64,000 bases of DNA from Calditrichia bacterium. GTDB lineage: Bacteria > Calditrichota > Calditrichia > RBG-13-44-9 > J075. Numbering within the stretch: position 1 is the first letter of the stretch; each line of letters starts with the position of its first letter. The position numbers were made by a program, and so were the translations under genes. Below the pieces are notes generated by a model. It was not told the DNA's origin, searched no databases, and saw only the letters and a list, made by a program, of their open reading frames with translations. The stretch is taken from NCBI GenBank assembly GCA_050633245.1, contig JBOEGD010000001.1:304883-368882 (forward strand), written 5' to 3'. Shown here piece by piece: positions 9,509-19,651 of the stretch.

Positions 9509-9994
9509 TTAAAACTGAATTGCTGTTAAGATTTTTTGAGTAATCTCTTCAGGCGATTTTTCTATATCTATGGAAAGTGTTTTGTCATCAGGGATCTGTA
9601 GCGCCTCGAATTGACTGTGGAGCATATCTTCCTTCATGAAATGCCCCTCGCGGGATTGCAGTCTCTTCGAAATTAATTCTTTACTTCCATGTAAAAATAC
9701 AAACCGACACGGTTGCCGAAGTTTATCTACAAGCCGCTGCCGGATCACCTTCGAGAGGGCAGAGCAGGCCAAAATTGCAGAGCCATCCGGTTTTGAATTC
9801 AGATGCTCGGCGATGGCATCAATCCAGCCAATGCGATCGGTGTCTGTGAGAGGTGTACCGGAACTCATTTTTTGAATATTTGCGCTCGGATGAAAATCAT
9901 CTCCATCGTAAAACGGTAATCCTGTTACTGCAGACAGAAGTTCCCCGACCGTTGTTTTCCCGCTTCCGGAAACGCCCATTAATATTACAATCAC
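9509..9994 (-). CDS. gntK: Gluconokinase
   Basis: MGVSGSGKTTVG P-loop, DGDDFHP, PLTDTDR, ACSAL, GHFM...SQFEAL; likely GTG start at 9994 behind GGAGGA. Confidence 0.92.
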   Translation of the reverse strand: MIVILMGVSGSGKTTVGELLSAVTGLPFYDGDDFHPSANIQKMSSGTPLTDTDRIGWIDAIAEHLNSKPDGSAILACSALSKVIRQRLVDKLRQPCRFVFLHGSKELISKRLQSREGHFMKEDMLHSQFEALQIPDDKTLSIDIEKSPEEITQKILTAIQF

Positions 9995-10005
9995 TTTAAT
10001 TCCTC

Positions 10006-11343
10006 CTAAACCAAAAGGCTTAGAACATAGACCGAGATGAAGGCGCAAACTCCTATGAGAGTTGTCATAACCGTCCAGCTTTTAATTGTTTCCCGTTCAT
10101 CAAGATTCAGGAAGCGGCTAACCAACCAAAAGCCGGAATCGTTGACGTGGGAAAGAATTGTTGCGCCTGCAGAGATAGCAATCACCACCAGAGCCATCTG
10201 AGGTGCAGATAATTCGGTTCCTGCCAGAATTGGTGAGAGCAATCCTGCTGCAGTAATCATCGCGACCGTTGCAGAGCCCTGTACAACCCGAATAATTGCG
10301 GCAATAATGAATGCAAGAAAGATGGGCGAAAGCGCATAGCTTACCAAGCTCTCCGCAATAATTTTCCCGGCTCCCGAATCAATAAGTACTTGCTTAAACA
10401 CTCCGCCTGCTCCGGTAACCAAAATGATGATGCCGGCTGGTTCCAGCGCGGCAGTGGCTATGGCGTTTATTGATTCTTTGGTATATCCTTCAAGGCGGTT
10501 GGCATAAAAAATAATAAGTAATGTTGCAATAAGAAGAGCGATAAACGGATGTCCGATAAAACTAAACAACTCGGCGACGGGATGTGTATTTCCCAAAACA
10601 AACGTGGAGACGGTATTTAGCAAAATCAATAGTAGCGGTAAAGCAATCATTCCACTAATAAGCCAGAAGCCCGGAGGCTGTGCAATATTGGTTTTATTGA
10701 GTTCGGGAATAGTCTCAGCTGTTTTTGGAATAATTTCTGCAATTTTTTTGCCGAAGAGCGGTCCTGCAATAATCATTGCCGGGAGGCCTGCCAATGCGCC
10801 AAAAAGAATGACCCAGCCTAAATCGGCACCCAGTAAATCGGCGACGGCAATTGGTCCCGGCGTTGGAGGAATAAAGCTATGGGTAACAGCCAGTCCGGCG
10901 AGAAGGGGAATTGCGTAGTAGAGAATTGGTCTTCCGCTTTTACGCGACATGCCGGCAATCAGCGGAACGAGTATAACAAATCCCACATCAAAAAACACAG
11001 GAATAGCGACGATAAATCCCAATATACCTAATGCCCAGGGAGCTTTGCTCTCGCCAAAGCGTTTCAATAGCGTAGTTGCAAGAACGCCGATTCCGCCTGA
11101 AACTTCGAGCAGACGTCCAAACATCGCACCTAAGCCCACCACGATAGCAACAAAACCCAATGTACCACCCATGCCGTTTTTAATCGATTGAAGTAGGTCG
11201 TTTGGGGGAAGCCCGGCGAGCAGACCGACAAGTATACTGGTGAGTAGAAGCGCCGGAAAGGCAGGGATTTTTAAGTAAATGATACAGACAAGTAGTAAGG
11301 CGATGCCGGCAACAATTGCGGCTAACACAAATTCTATTGGCAT
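10006..11343 (-). CDS. gntP: GntP-family gluconate:H+ permease
   Basis: IPVFFDVGF, PPTPGP, QGSATVA, SHVNDSGFW motifs; adjacent to gntK. Confidence 0.92.
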   Translation of the reverse strand: MPIEFVLAAIVAGIALLLVCIIYLKIPAFPALLLTSILVGLLAGLPPNDLLQSIKNGMGGTLGFVAIVVGLGAMFGRLLEVSGGIGVLATTLLKRFGESKAPWALGILGFIVAIPVFFDVGFVILVPLIAGMSRKSGRPILYYAIPLLAGLAVTHSFIPPTPGPIAVADLLGADLGWVILFGALAGLPAMIIAGPLFGKKIAEIIPKTAETIPELNKTNIAQPPGFWLISGMIALPLLLILLNTVSTFVLGNTHPVAELFSFIGHPFIALLIATLLIIFYANRLEGYTKESINAIATAALEPAGIIILVTGAGGVFKQVLIDSGAGKIIAESLVSYALSPIFLAFIIAAIIRVVQGSATVAMITAAGLLSPILAGTELSAPQMALVVIAISAGATILSHVNDSGFWLVSRFLNLDERETIKSWTVMTTLIGVCAFISVYVLSLLV

Positions 11344-11501
11344 AAGACTCTCCAGAAAGGCGATTGTGAGAACATATGTCTGCGTAAATGCACAAGTTGT
11401 GCCAGAGAAGCAATTGGCCTGAAATTCGTATTTTGGGAGAGCTTAAGGGGCTGGGTATTATCGAAATGATAAGTGCGCTTTATCTGAATAATAAGCGGCA
11501 G

Positions 11502-11528
11502 AAAAAACCCCTGTCGTTTCGACAGGGG
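11502..11528 (-). terminator. Intrinsic terminator of the porin-family gene
   Basis: CCCCTGTCG-TTT-CGACAGGGG with an A-tract on the left (U-tract on minus strand). Confidence 0.7.
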
Positions 11529-11539
11529 CTAAAAACGTG

Positions 11540-12250
11540 TTAGCCACCGATCTTGAACGAAAGTCCGCCAATAGCGCGAAAGCCGCTACCGCGAATATCG
11601 AGATCGGGGACCGTAACCGGTAGCGTTACGCCACCAAGATCAATCTCGAGCTCACCACCCTTTAGGATGTCGGTGAAACCATACTGGTAATGTGCTTCGG
11701 CAAATAATGAAAACACCGAAAAATCATAGCGAATACCAAGACCAGCATCAGCAGAGAATTCAAGTGTTTCAATAACATCGGTCAGGTCTGCCTCTACCGG
11801 CAAGTCGATAAATTCACCTGCGAAGTCAGAGCCGAGATGCAGAGCGACACTTCCACCTGCCATTAGATAGGGCTTTACCGGCCCCTTTGCAAAGTCGAAG
11901 CGGAGCATGACCGGAACTTCGAGGTAAGCAAGTTCAAAAGCGACTTCCGGATTTCCAAACAGCGTGGTATCTATCTCGAATGCGTTCGCGGCCTTAAACT
12001 TAGCACCTTTCTGTAGTAGCATCGGCTGTAAATACAGGCACAACGCATCTCCAAATAGAAAGCCAACAATACCACCTAATGCCAGTCCATTTCGGCTCTC
12101 GAAGTCGATCTCTTCGCCAGCTAAATTCTCGCCACGAAGTGTTGTAACATTTACCCCACCCTGGACGCCTAATTCCAGCTGCGCAAAAGTGGGAGCCGTC
12201 ATTAACAGAACGACTAAGAACAACGGTAAGAAATTAAATCGTTTTAACAT
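11540..12250 (-). CDS. Outer-membrane beta-barrel (porin-family) protein
   Basis: Signal peptide, GVQGGVN, YLEVPVMLRF, amphipathic strands; start at 12250 behind GGAGG. Confidence 0.8.
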   Translation of the reverse strand: MLKRFNFLPLFLVVLLMTAPTFAQLELGVQGGVNVTTLRGENLAGEEIDFESRNGLALGGIVGFLFGDALCLYLQPMLLQKGAKFKAANAFEIDTTLFGNPEVAFELAYLEVPVMLRFDFAKGPVKPYLMAGGSVALHLGSDFAGEFIDLPVEADLTDVIETLEFSADAGLGIRYDFSVFSLFAEAHYQYGFTDILKGGELEIDLGGVTLPVTVPDLDIRGSGFRAIGGLSFKIGG

Positions 12251-12507
12251 TATTTCCTCCAATGTGAATTTATACAACCTGCCTTTGAATACATGCGGTT
12301 TGCAGCTTTCCGATTCGAAAATCTGCTTTTTATGGGGGCTCTTTGGGTTTGAGCGTCTAAGATAGGCGATTTAACGGAAATTTGCCAGTGTTAAATTTGT
12401 CTAATCTAATGGCTTTCAAAATACCACATCTTTGGGGCATATCTTTTGTTTTACACATTATTTATGTTTCAATAACGTCAATTCATTGTGAAACCAGTGA
12501 GGAAGCC

Positions 12508-14349
12508 ATGAAAGTAATTATGCAAACCTTCTTTTTTGCACTCTTTCTGTTTACCCTGTCTGCCGTTGCCCAAGTTGAACATAAAGAACCTCCGCCATCC
12601 AGCCCAAATGACTTTAATTGGAAAAAGGAGTATGGTAAATCCACCACAAAATTTACTGTCACGGATTGGCAGCCGATCATCGATGCGCGGTGGGGTGAGG
12701 GAATTCCAACTGCGGCGAAACTATCTCTTTTTAACCAATGGTGGAATTGGGTGGATCGCAGATATGGCGGATTCTGGAATCACGATGTAAATATTGATGA
12801 AATTTTGAACCGCTATCAGCCGGAGATTGCTGCGGGGGTCAGTCGCGGCCGATTTGCCGGAATAATGAGTCATTTTGGCCTGCAGCTAATGGATTTGCAT
12901 ACCTGGATCTTTGACATCCCGGTTCGGAATACCCCCCTGAATAAGGGCACGCCTCTTATGGTTATTGGGCAACTAAACTCGAATCGTCATTTTGGGGCGG
13001 CACTGACCACATTGCCAGACAGTTCGCTGCTGGTTTATAAAGCTGCCGCCAACCATCCAATTGGCCTGGAACCCGGAGACTTAGTGTTGGGGTATGACGG
13101 TATGCTGTGGAAGGATATTTATCCAAATCTTATTGCAGCAGAGCTTCCATTGTTACTTCTGGCTGTGAACGGCAGTACTCCGGAGTCGAATCATTATTAC
13201 ATAATGCAGGCCGCCGGTTTGAACTGGCACCTTTTTGATACGATTGATATTGTAAAATATAGTACTGGTGATACGCTACATTTTAGTACCAACTTATTAG
13301 CCGGTCAGTCTACAACCGTCTGGGGGAGTGAACAAATTGACGTGCCCGGCGTAACCTGGCCAGATCGTAACGTTGATCGGGTAAGCTGGGGCATTGTGGA
13401 TAATACCAATATTGGATATGTCTACGTCACATCATGGAGCTTTGATGCGCAATTTAATATTCGGGTTCAGTTCCGCAATGCCATTGATTCGCTGATGCAC
13501 CATGTGCCCACCGACGGAATGATTCTCGATTTTCGTTTCAATACCGGAGGCGGTGCCCTCGCTCGAGATGGTTTGGAGCTGTTGTTTAATACCACTGTTC
13601 CAACGGTTGGTTTTGATATTCGGAGTGGAACCACCGATCGTTTTGATATGATTCCCGATCCACTCCGTCCCGAATCGGCGCTGGTAATTCAAGGCGATCC
13701 CAATACCTTCTATGATAAACCAATTGCGGTGCTGATTGGTCCCAATTCCATTAGCTCCGGCGAGCTGGAGGCAATACGAACGTCGTTTCATCCACACGCA
13801 CGGCTGTTTGGACGTAATGCTTCAGGAGGCAACAGCCCAAGTCGTCAAATAACCTTTAGCAACAGCGACTGGTTTTCTTTTCTTACGGATGGCAGCGTCT
13901 ATCTTGTTAGTACACATGAGTATCTAGTGCATGTCGGTACGCCGCCGGATGAATATGTCTGGTTCGATCGTGATGATGTTGCAAATGGTATCGATACGGT
14001 CGTCGAATCAGCAATCAGCTGGATCGATAGTGAAACGAGCATTAGCAATCCGGATGATCCAACTGAAATTCCTGAGCGTTTTGAGATCAGCGCATTTCCT
14101 AATCCTTTTAATGGGCAAACTATCATCAGCTATCTGTTGGCGGAGGCGGGCGATGTTCAGGTAACCATTTATAATTCACTGGGGCAGGAAGTTCGAGCTT
14201 TGTTGGAGAGCAGGCAGACCAGTGGAGAACATCAGGTAGTGTGGGACGGTCGCGGAAATAATGGCCTTCAGTTGACATCGGGGAAATACATTGTTCGGGT
14301 TGCGGCAAATAACATTACAGATAGCATGATTATCAGTTACGTAAAATAG
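12508..14349 (+). CDS. S41-family serine peptidase with T9SS-type CTD
   Basis: DFRFNTGG and SISSGE S41 motifs, PDZ-like GLEPGDLVL, FPNPFN CTD; ATG 12508 gives a signal peptide. Confidence 0.82.
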   Translation: MKVIMQTFFFALFLFTLSAVAQVEHKEPPPSSPNDFNWKKEYGKSTTKFTVTDWQPIIDARWGEGIPTAAKLSLFNQWWNWVDRRYGGFWNHDVNIDEILNRYQPEIAAGVSRGRFAGIMSHFGLQLMDLHTWIFDIPVRNTPLNKGTPLMVIGQLNSNRHFGAALTTLPDSSLLVYKAAANHPIGLEPGDLVLGYDGMLWKDIYPNLIAAELPLLLLAVNGSTPESNHYYIMQAAGLNWHLFDTIDIVKYSTGDTLHFSTNLLAGQSTTVWGSEQIDVPGVTWPDRNVDRVSWGIVDNTNIGYVYVTSWSFDAQFNIRVQFRNAIDSLMHHVPTDGMILDFRFNTGGGALARDGLELLFNTTVPTVGFDIRSGTTDRFDMIPDPLRPESALVIQGDPNTFYDKPIAVLIGPNSISSGELEAIRTSFHPHARLFGRNASGGNSPSRQITFSNSDWFSFLTDGSVYLVSTHEYLVHVGTPPDEYVWFDRDDVANGIDTVVESAISWIDSETSISNPDDPTEIPERFEISAFPNPFNGQTIISYLLAEAGDVQVTIYNSLGQEVRALLESRQTSGEHQVVWDGRGNNGLQLTSGKYIVRVAANNITDSMIISYVK

Positions 14350-14460
14350 ATCCATCGGTTAACCTTCTTGCTGTAGCTATTGATTCTGTCAATATAGCTG
14401 CAGCAAACCTCCCAATTCAATTCTTCATTGAATGAAAAATAATAAATAACAGTCTGCTGA

Positions 14461-14488
14461 TTGACCAATTTGTTTATTTTCGTATACT
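14461..14488 (+). promoter_or_regulatory. Sigma70-like promoter
   Basis: TTGACC-16 nt-TATACT. Confidence 0.5.
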
Positions 14489-14660
14489 AGATCATCCTCG
14501 GCTGTGGCAAGAGGCATAATATCTTATGAACGCCTGTCCGGGCCGTGTTATTTTTACCGTCGGATTTAATGGGATCCATCCAAGGTCATTTACTTTAAGC
14601 GAATCCGCTGTCAATACTGACGACGTGGATACAAACTGCTGTGGAAAGCCAGAGGTTGCT

Positions 14661-15665
14661 ATGATGAGAGCTGTTGTTGTAAAAAAGCCGGGTGGTTTAG
14701 ACAACCTGCGAGTGGTCGATAAACCAGATCCGATGCCCGGGCCGGGTGAAGTGCTGGTAGAATGGCGCGCAACTTCTCTTAATTATCATGACTATCTGGT
14801 TGCACTTGGAACGATTCCTGTTGAAGATGGACTGGTACCAATGTCGGATGGCGCCGGTAAAATTATTGGGATTGGTCCTGAAGTTAACGAATGGAAGGTA
14901 GGGGATAGAGTGATGTCCCTGTTTTTCCCGGATTGGCAAATCGGTGGGCCTACACAACAAAATTCTCGCTATATCAGCGGTGAGAGCGTTAACGGTTGTG
15001 CTGTGGAAAAAGCAGCATTACCAGCCTCAATTCTTACCCGTATACCTGAAAATTATAGCTATGCCGAGGCAGCGACCCTGCCCTGTGCAGCACTTACCGC
15101 CTGGCGCGCATTAATGTGGAATGGCAAATTAAAACCAGGTGATAGCGTGTTGATCGAAGGGTCAGGCGGGATGTCGATATTTGCTCTTCAATTTGCCAAA
15201 TCAGCAGGAGCGCAAGTGTTTGCTACATCCTCTTCTAACGAAAAGGCGGAGACATTAATGAAGATGGGTGCTGAAGCTGTAGTCAATTATCGCGATGACG
15301 AGAAGTGGGGAAAAACGATAAACAAACTTTCCGGTGGCGGGGTCGATCACGTTCTGGATGTAGGTGGAGCAGCAACCTGGCGCCAATCGGTAGAGGCCGT
15401 TCGTGTTGGTGGTAACTTGTGTTCAATTGGGATTCTTGGCGGGCCGGTTGGCGAGGTGCTTTTCCCCAAGCTCTTCTTCAAGCATATTACAGTTTTTGGC
15501 ATTGCCGTAGGAAGCCGTGAAATGCAAAAGGACATGGTTAAAGCATTAAATGTCAGTGATATTCGTCCGGTTATCGATCGTCGTTTTAAGCTGGAAAACC
15601 TGGCCGATGCCTTTCGCTATCAGGGCTCGGGCGCGCACTTTGGCAAGATTGTGGTGGAGTACTAG
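14661..15665 (+). CDS. MDR-family NAD(P)-dependent alcohol dehydrogenase / quinone oxidoreductase
   Basis: SLNYHD, PMSDGAG, AATLPCAALTAW, GSGGMS, HFGKIV; start placed at ATG 14661. Confidence 0.88.
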   Translation: MMRAVVVKKPGGLDNLRVVDKPDPMPGPGEVLVEWRATSLNYHDYLVALGTIPVEDGLVPMSDGAGKIIGIGPEVNEWKVGDRVMSLFFPDWQIGGPTQQNSRYISGESVNGCAVEKAALPASILTRIPENYSYAEAATLPCAALTAWRALMWNGKLKPGDSVLIEGSGGMSIFALQFAKSAGAQVFATSSSNEKAETLMKMGAEAVVNYRDDEKWGKTINKLSGGGVDHVLDVGGAATWRQSVEAVRVGGNLCSIGILGGPVGEVLFPKLFFKHITVFGIAVGSREMQKDMVKALNVSDIRPVIDRRFKLENLADAFRYQGSGAHFGKIVVEY

Positions 15666-15715
15666 GTCACTGCATCGCCGTATGCTCACTGGTGTACCGT
15701 AGATATTCTTTGTTA

Positions 15716-15744
15716 TTGACATAGCTGCATTTTCCTCTTATAAT
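15716..15744 (+). promoter_or_regulatory. Perfect-consensus sigma70 promoter
   Basis: TTGACA (15716-15721), 17-nt spacer, TATAAT (15739-15744). Confidence 0.85.
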
Positions 15745-15936
15745 TTAATTGCACTGTAGACACCATATTGTAAGCTCTGGGGGGAGATTTTGCTTATGTT
15801 GAACAGCCGAATGGTGTCTACACGTGTTCCTTGCCATGCGCTTTACAACCTCCCAATAACTTTTGACTATTATCCCTAATGGATTTTTGCCCGCGTTTAT
15901 TCATTTGCTGTGTTACAGGAATAGAAGGAGAATACT

Positions 15937-18900
15937 ATGACTATTGATAAACAACGTCATTTTGTCAGAATTATTGTAATGTGTCTTGCACTGTGGTCAA
16001 CTGGTCTTTTCGCCCAATCAGTGACATTTACCAATATTGTCGATTCGACCAATACCAACTTTTCCGGTGACAGTTATGGGACTTCCTGGCAGGATATCGA
16101 CGGTGACGGTCTGCTCGATTTATTTATCGCTAATACCAGTGGTACCGATAATCTTCTCTTTCGCAACCTTGGAGACGACATTTTTGAAGAAAAGGCCGCT
16201 GCCGCAGGAATTGCGGGTGACCGTTTCAGTCGTTTTGCCTCCTGGGGAGATGTTGATGGGGATGGCGACCTGGACGTGTATGTCGGCAATCTGACCTCGG
16301 ATTCGTTTTACCGCAATGAGGACGGCATATTTGTGGATGCCACATCGGAAAACGGCTTTATATTTGGTTCAAATAGTTATTCAGCGGCCTGGGCCGATTA
16401 TGATGGTGACGATGATCTGGATCTTTTTGTGGCGAACCTGGACGGTAGTAATTTACTTTATCGCAACAACGGCGACTTTATGGAGGTTAGCAACCAGTCC
16501 GGTATGAGTGTTTTCGGGCCCAGTCGGGCAATTAGCTGGGCGGACTTTGATAATGATGGTGATCTCGATGCCTATGTCTGTCGCGGCGTCAGTTCATCCA
16601 ATCAACACGATTTGCTGTATCTAAATACCAACGGTGTTTTCAGCGAGGTGAGTTTTGTGCGCGGTATTACTACCGTTCAGTATTCGTTGGGAGCCGATTG
16701 GGGCGATTACGATAATGATGGTGACCTGGATTTATTTGTAGCCACTGCCGCCAATCAACCCAACCATCTGTACCAAAACAATGCAGGCAGCTTCACCGAT
16801 GTTACCGATAGCGTTGGGATGAATGACTTGAGCTCCGGCAACAGCTTTACTCCCTCTTGGCTGGATTATGACAATGACGGTGATCTTGATTTGCTTGTTG
16901 CTCGCGATTCGAATTTTAGCAATGTGCTATATGAGAACAACGGAGGAGTTTTTACGCAGGTGCAGCTAGCAGTTGGACTGGAGCTGGATACCGGACGTTC
17001 CATCAGCATTGCCGTGGCAGACTATAATGAAGACGGATTTCAGGATATCTATTTTCCCAATCGCTTTGGCGAGAATGCCTTTTTTCGCAATAACGGCAAT
17101 AACAATAGCTGGCTTGCGGTTAAGCTACAAGGTCTGACATTACAAAATACCGCCGGCATAGGGGCACGTGTGACGGTTGTTGCTGGAAATCTGCGGCAAA
17201 TTCGCGAACTGCGGGCCGGTAGCGGCCAGAGTGCACAGCACTCGCCCGTTCTCGGATTTGGTTTGGCAGGCGCCAGCCTGATCGATTCGCTGATTGTGGA
17301 TTGGCCCGGCCAGAGTGGAGGACGAATTGTGAAGCTCGATGTGCCGGTAAACCAAAAGGTGACCATGTTTGATACGAGCGAGCCGCTACTAATAGACATT
17401 TCGCCGGATCATCTGGCGGCCGGCACGCTGGTCAGTACCGATATCAGCGCTGCTAATACTTCCTTTACCCAGGGCGCCGGGGTTTTAGCTATTGAATTGC
17501 AGAAAGATACCGTTGTCGTTGCAGCTTCATCAATTCTGGTTTTGAGCGACAACCTTGTTCGAGCGGAGTTTGATCTGGCAGACACTCTAATGGCCGGACG
17601 CTGGGATGTGCTGGTGAACGGAGATATAGATGGAGAACTGCTTGGTGAAGATCTGGTGCTATTGTCACCTGCTAACCCGATTGCTTCAACCGCGCCGGAA
17701 TTTTTTGAGCTGATTCTGAATCAGGGAGACTCCAGCGATCTTGCGATTTCTATTTCAAACCTGGGGCCATCTAACGGTGCAAACCTGGAGTGGTCGGCAG
17801 GTATTACCGAGCGCATAACCGGTGAAAGGCCTTCAGGCGCTTTGCCTGCAGGCACAGTATGCTATGGCATCGATCGTCTTGGAGGAAATACATCCATGGT
17901 GCGATTTGGAACAGAAAGTCCTGGCAATGTAACCGAGGTCGGTAACACCGGATTGGATATTATCGCCGGTGATTTTGGCCCGGCAAACCAATTCTTCGCC
18001 ATCGACCAAAGTAGCAGTATGCTGGTTACGGTTGATACTACCAACGGATCTGTCACGTCGGTCGGCACTATGCTGATCGTTAGCGGGCATACCTGGAGCG
18101 GACTCACTTATGAGGCCGTCAGTAACACTCTCTTTGCCAGCAGCACCGACAACAGTACTTCGTTTCTGTATGAGGTCGATGCCACAACTGGCACCACAAC
18201 TATTATCGGTGAAACTATCGGAGCCCCGCTTGTTGCCGGGATAGCCGTTTCGCCAACCGGGGTCATTTATGCTCATGAAATCCAGAGCGACGCCCTATAC
18301 ATTCTGGACAGGAGTTCCGGTGAGGCTGATATTGTGGGCTTTACCGGCTTCGACGCCAGCTCTGCTCAGGGAATGGATTTCGATCAAACCAACGGAAACC
18401 TATATCTGGCCGCGTTCGGCTCACAAAACTTCCATAGTGAATTACGACAGGTAGATCCCGCCACCGGCGGAAGTATGTTTATCGGCCAGATCGGCCAGAC
18501 TCAGCGTCAAATTACCGCTTTTGGTATCGGAGGAAGTGGCGTTTCTTTTCTGCGAATTACAGGTCCCGTCTCTGGCTCTATTGCTCCGGGAGATGTAGAT
18601 GGCATTCTTGCCCAAGTGCGCGCACCAATGCTTCCGGACACAATTTTGCAGGCGGATATAGTGATTACCCTTAACGATCCTGAATTACCCAGCGTCCGAA
18701 TACCGGTGGATCTGACTGTTGGAAGTCTGGTTGGCTTGCCAGGGGCGGGATCGCTGCCGCAGGAATTTAGTCTGGAGCGAAATTATCCCAATCCATTTAA
18801 TCCATCCACGACGATTGCCTATAGTCTGCCGAAGGCCGTCAACGTGTCGCTTGAGGTATTTAATATGCTCGGGCAGCGGGTTCGTTCACTGGTAAATGAG

Positions 18901-19038
18901 CGGCAGGAAAGTGGTGTCCATGAGGCTAACTGGAACGGTCTGAACGATGCAGGCAATGCTGTGGCTAGCGGTACTTACATCTATCGTTTGAAAGCCGGGC
19001 GCTTCCAGATGGACTATAAGATGATCCTGGTGAAATAA
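15937..19038 (+). CDS. Secreted FG-GAP repeat + ASPIC/UnbV + beta-propeller protein with T9SS CTD
   Basis: Seven DxD/NxDGxxD-type repeats, AGIGARVTV...FGL ASPIC/UnbV motif, NYPNPFNP CTD. Confidence 0.88.
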   Translation: MTIDKQRHFVRIIVMCLALWSTGLFAQSVTFTNIVDSTNTNFSGDSYGTSWQDIDGDGLLDLFIANTSGTDNLLFRNLGDDIFEEKAAAAGIAGDRFSRFASWGDVDGDGDLDVYVGNLTSDSFYRNEDGIFVDATSENGFIFGSNSYSAAWADYDGDDDLDLFVANLDGSNLLYRNNGDFMEVSNQSGMSVFGPSRAISWADFDNDGDLDAYVCRGVSSSNQHDLLYLNTNGVFSEVSFVRGITTVQYSLGADWGDYDNDGDLDLFVATAANQPNHLYQNNAGSFTDVTDSVGMNDLSSGNSFTPSWLDYDNDGDLDLLVARDSNFSNVLYENNGGVFTQVQLAVGLELDTGRSISIAVADYNEDGFQDIYFPNRFGENAFFRNNGNNNSWLAVKLQGLTLQNTAGIGARVTVVAGNLRQIRELRAGSGQSAQHSPVLGFGLAGASLIDSLIVDWPGQSGGRIVKLDVPVNQKVTMFDTSEPLLIDISPDHLAAGTLVSTDISAANTSFTQGAGVLAIELQKDTVVVAASSILVLSDNLVRAEFDLADTLMAGRWDVLVNGDIDGELLGEDLVLLSPANPIASTAPEFFELILNQGDSSDLAISISNLGPSNGANLEWSAGITERITGERPSGALPAGTVCYGIDRLGGNTSMVRFGTESPGNVTEVGNTGLDIIAGDFGPANQFFAIDQSSSMLVTVDTTNGSVTSVGTMLIVSGHTWSGLTYEAVSNTLFASSTDNSTSFLYEVDATTGTTTIIGETIGAPLVAGIAVSPTGVIYAHEIQSDALYILDRSSGEADIVGFTGFDASSAQGMDFDQTNGNLYLAAFGSQNFHSELRQVDPATGGSMFIGQIGQTQRQITAFGIGGSGVSFLRITGPVSGSIAPGDVDGILAQVRAPMLPDTILQADIVITLNDPELPSVRIPVDLTVGSLVGLPGAGSLPQEFSLERNYPNPFNPSTTIAYSLPKAVNVSLEVFNMLGQRVRSLVNERQESGVHEANWNGLNDAGNAVASGTYIYRLKAGRFQMDYKMILVK

Positions 19039-19061
19039 GCAGCTATAGCAGCTGCTTATTT
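19033..19061. terminator. Bidirectional terminator overlapping both convergent stop codons
   Basis: AAATAAGCAGCT-ATAGC-AGCTGCTTATTT. Confidence 0.65.
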
Positions 19062-19619
19062 TTGCTTATACGGTTCGAGGTGTTTGATTATTCTGGCCGG
19101 TGTTCCGGCCAGCAGGACGTCGTCGTCCGGAATGGATTTGGTCACCGTGCTGCCGGCCGCCACCACGACATGATTACCTATTTGTACTCCTGCTAACAGC
19201 GTGGCTCCGGTGCCAATCCAGCAATCCCGGCCGATAACAATGGGATCTGCCTCAACATAAGAGTGATAGTTCTGCACATCATGGTTCATGGAAATCAACG
19301 ATACCCGTGGACCAATCCAGGTATTCTCCCCAATGATAATCCCATTGCGGCCGTCTAGGTAGCAACCGATCGCCAGGCCGGGGTTGCGGGTGCCGCGGCG
19401 GATCTTTTCCGGTGCCTTTACCTGCGATGTAAAATGCACCGGCCAGGGCACACGGCCGTTAATACGTAATATTTTCTGCCAGAGAAAACACTTCAGCAAG
19501 CCCTTGGGATGAAACAGCGGATTGGCAAAGGCCGGCCCGGCCAGCAGGTTTAAGGTCCAGTATATCGGTTTAAAATACCACGGTCGTTTCATAACATTAT
19601 ACCTGTGCCGATGTGACAA
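19056..19619 (-). CDS. Hexapeptide-repeat O-acyltransferase
   Basis: IGENTWIG, IGRDCWIG, AAGSTVTK, GTPARIIK; true start may be ATG 19592. Confidence 0.88.
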   Translation of the reverse strand: MSHRHRYNVMKRPWYFKPIYWTLNLLAGPAFANPLFHPKGLLKCFLWQKILRINGRVPWPVHFTSQVKAPEKIRRGTRNPGLAIGCYLDGRNGIIIGENTWIGPRVSLISMNHDVQNYHSYVEADPIVIGRDCWIGTGATLLAGVQIGNHVVVAAGSTVTKSIPDDDVLLAGTPARIIKHLEPYKQK

Positions 19620-19651
19620 CCCTTTCTTAACCGTTTCTCACTTGCTCCGGG

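Noticed and set aside
16080-17050. Repeated GATAATGATGGTGA-like DNA motifs
   Set aside because: Explained by FG-GAP protein repeats
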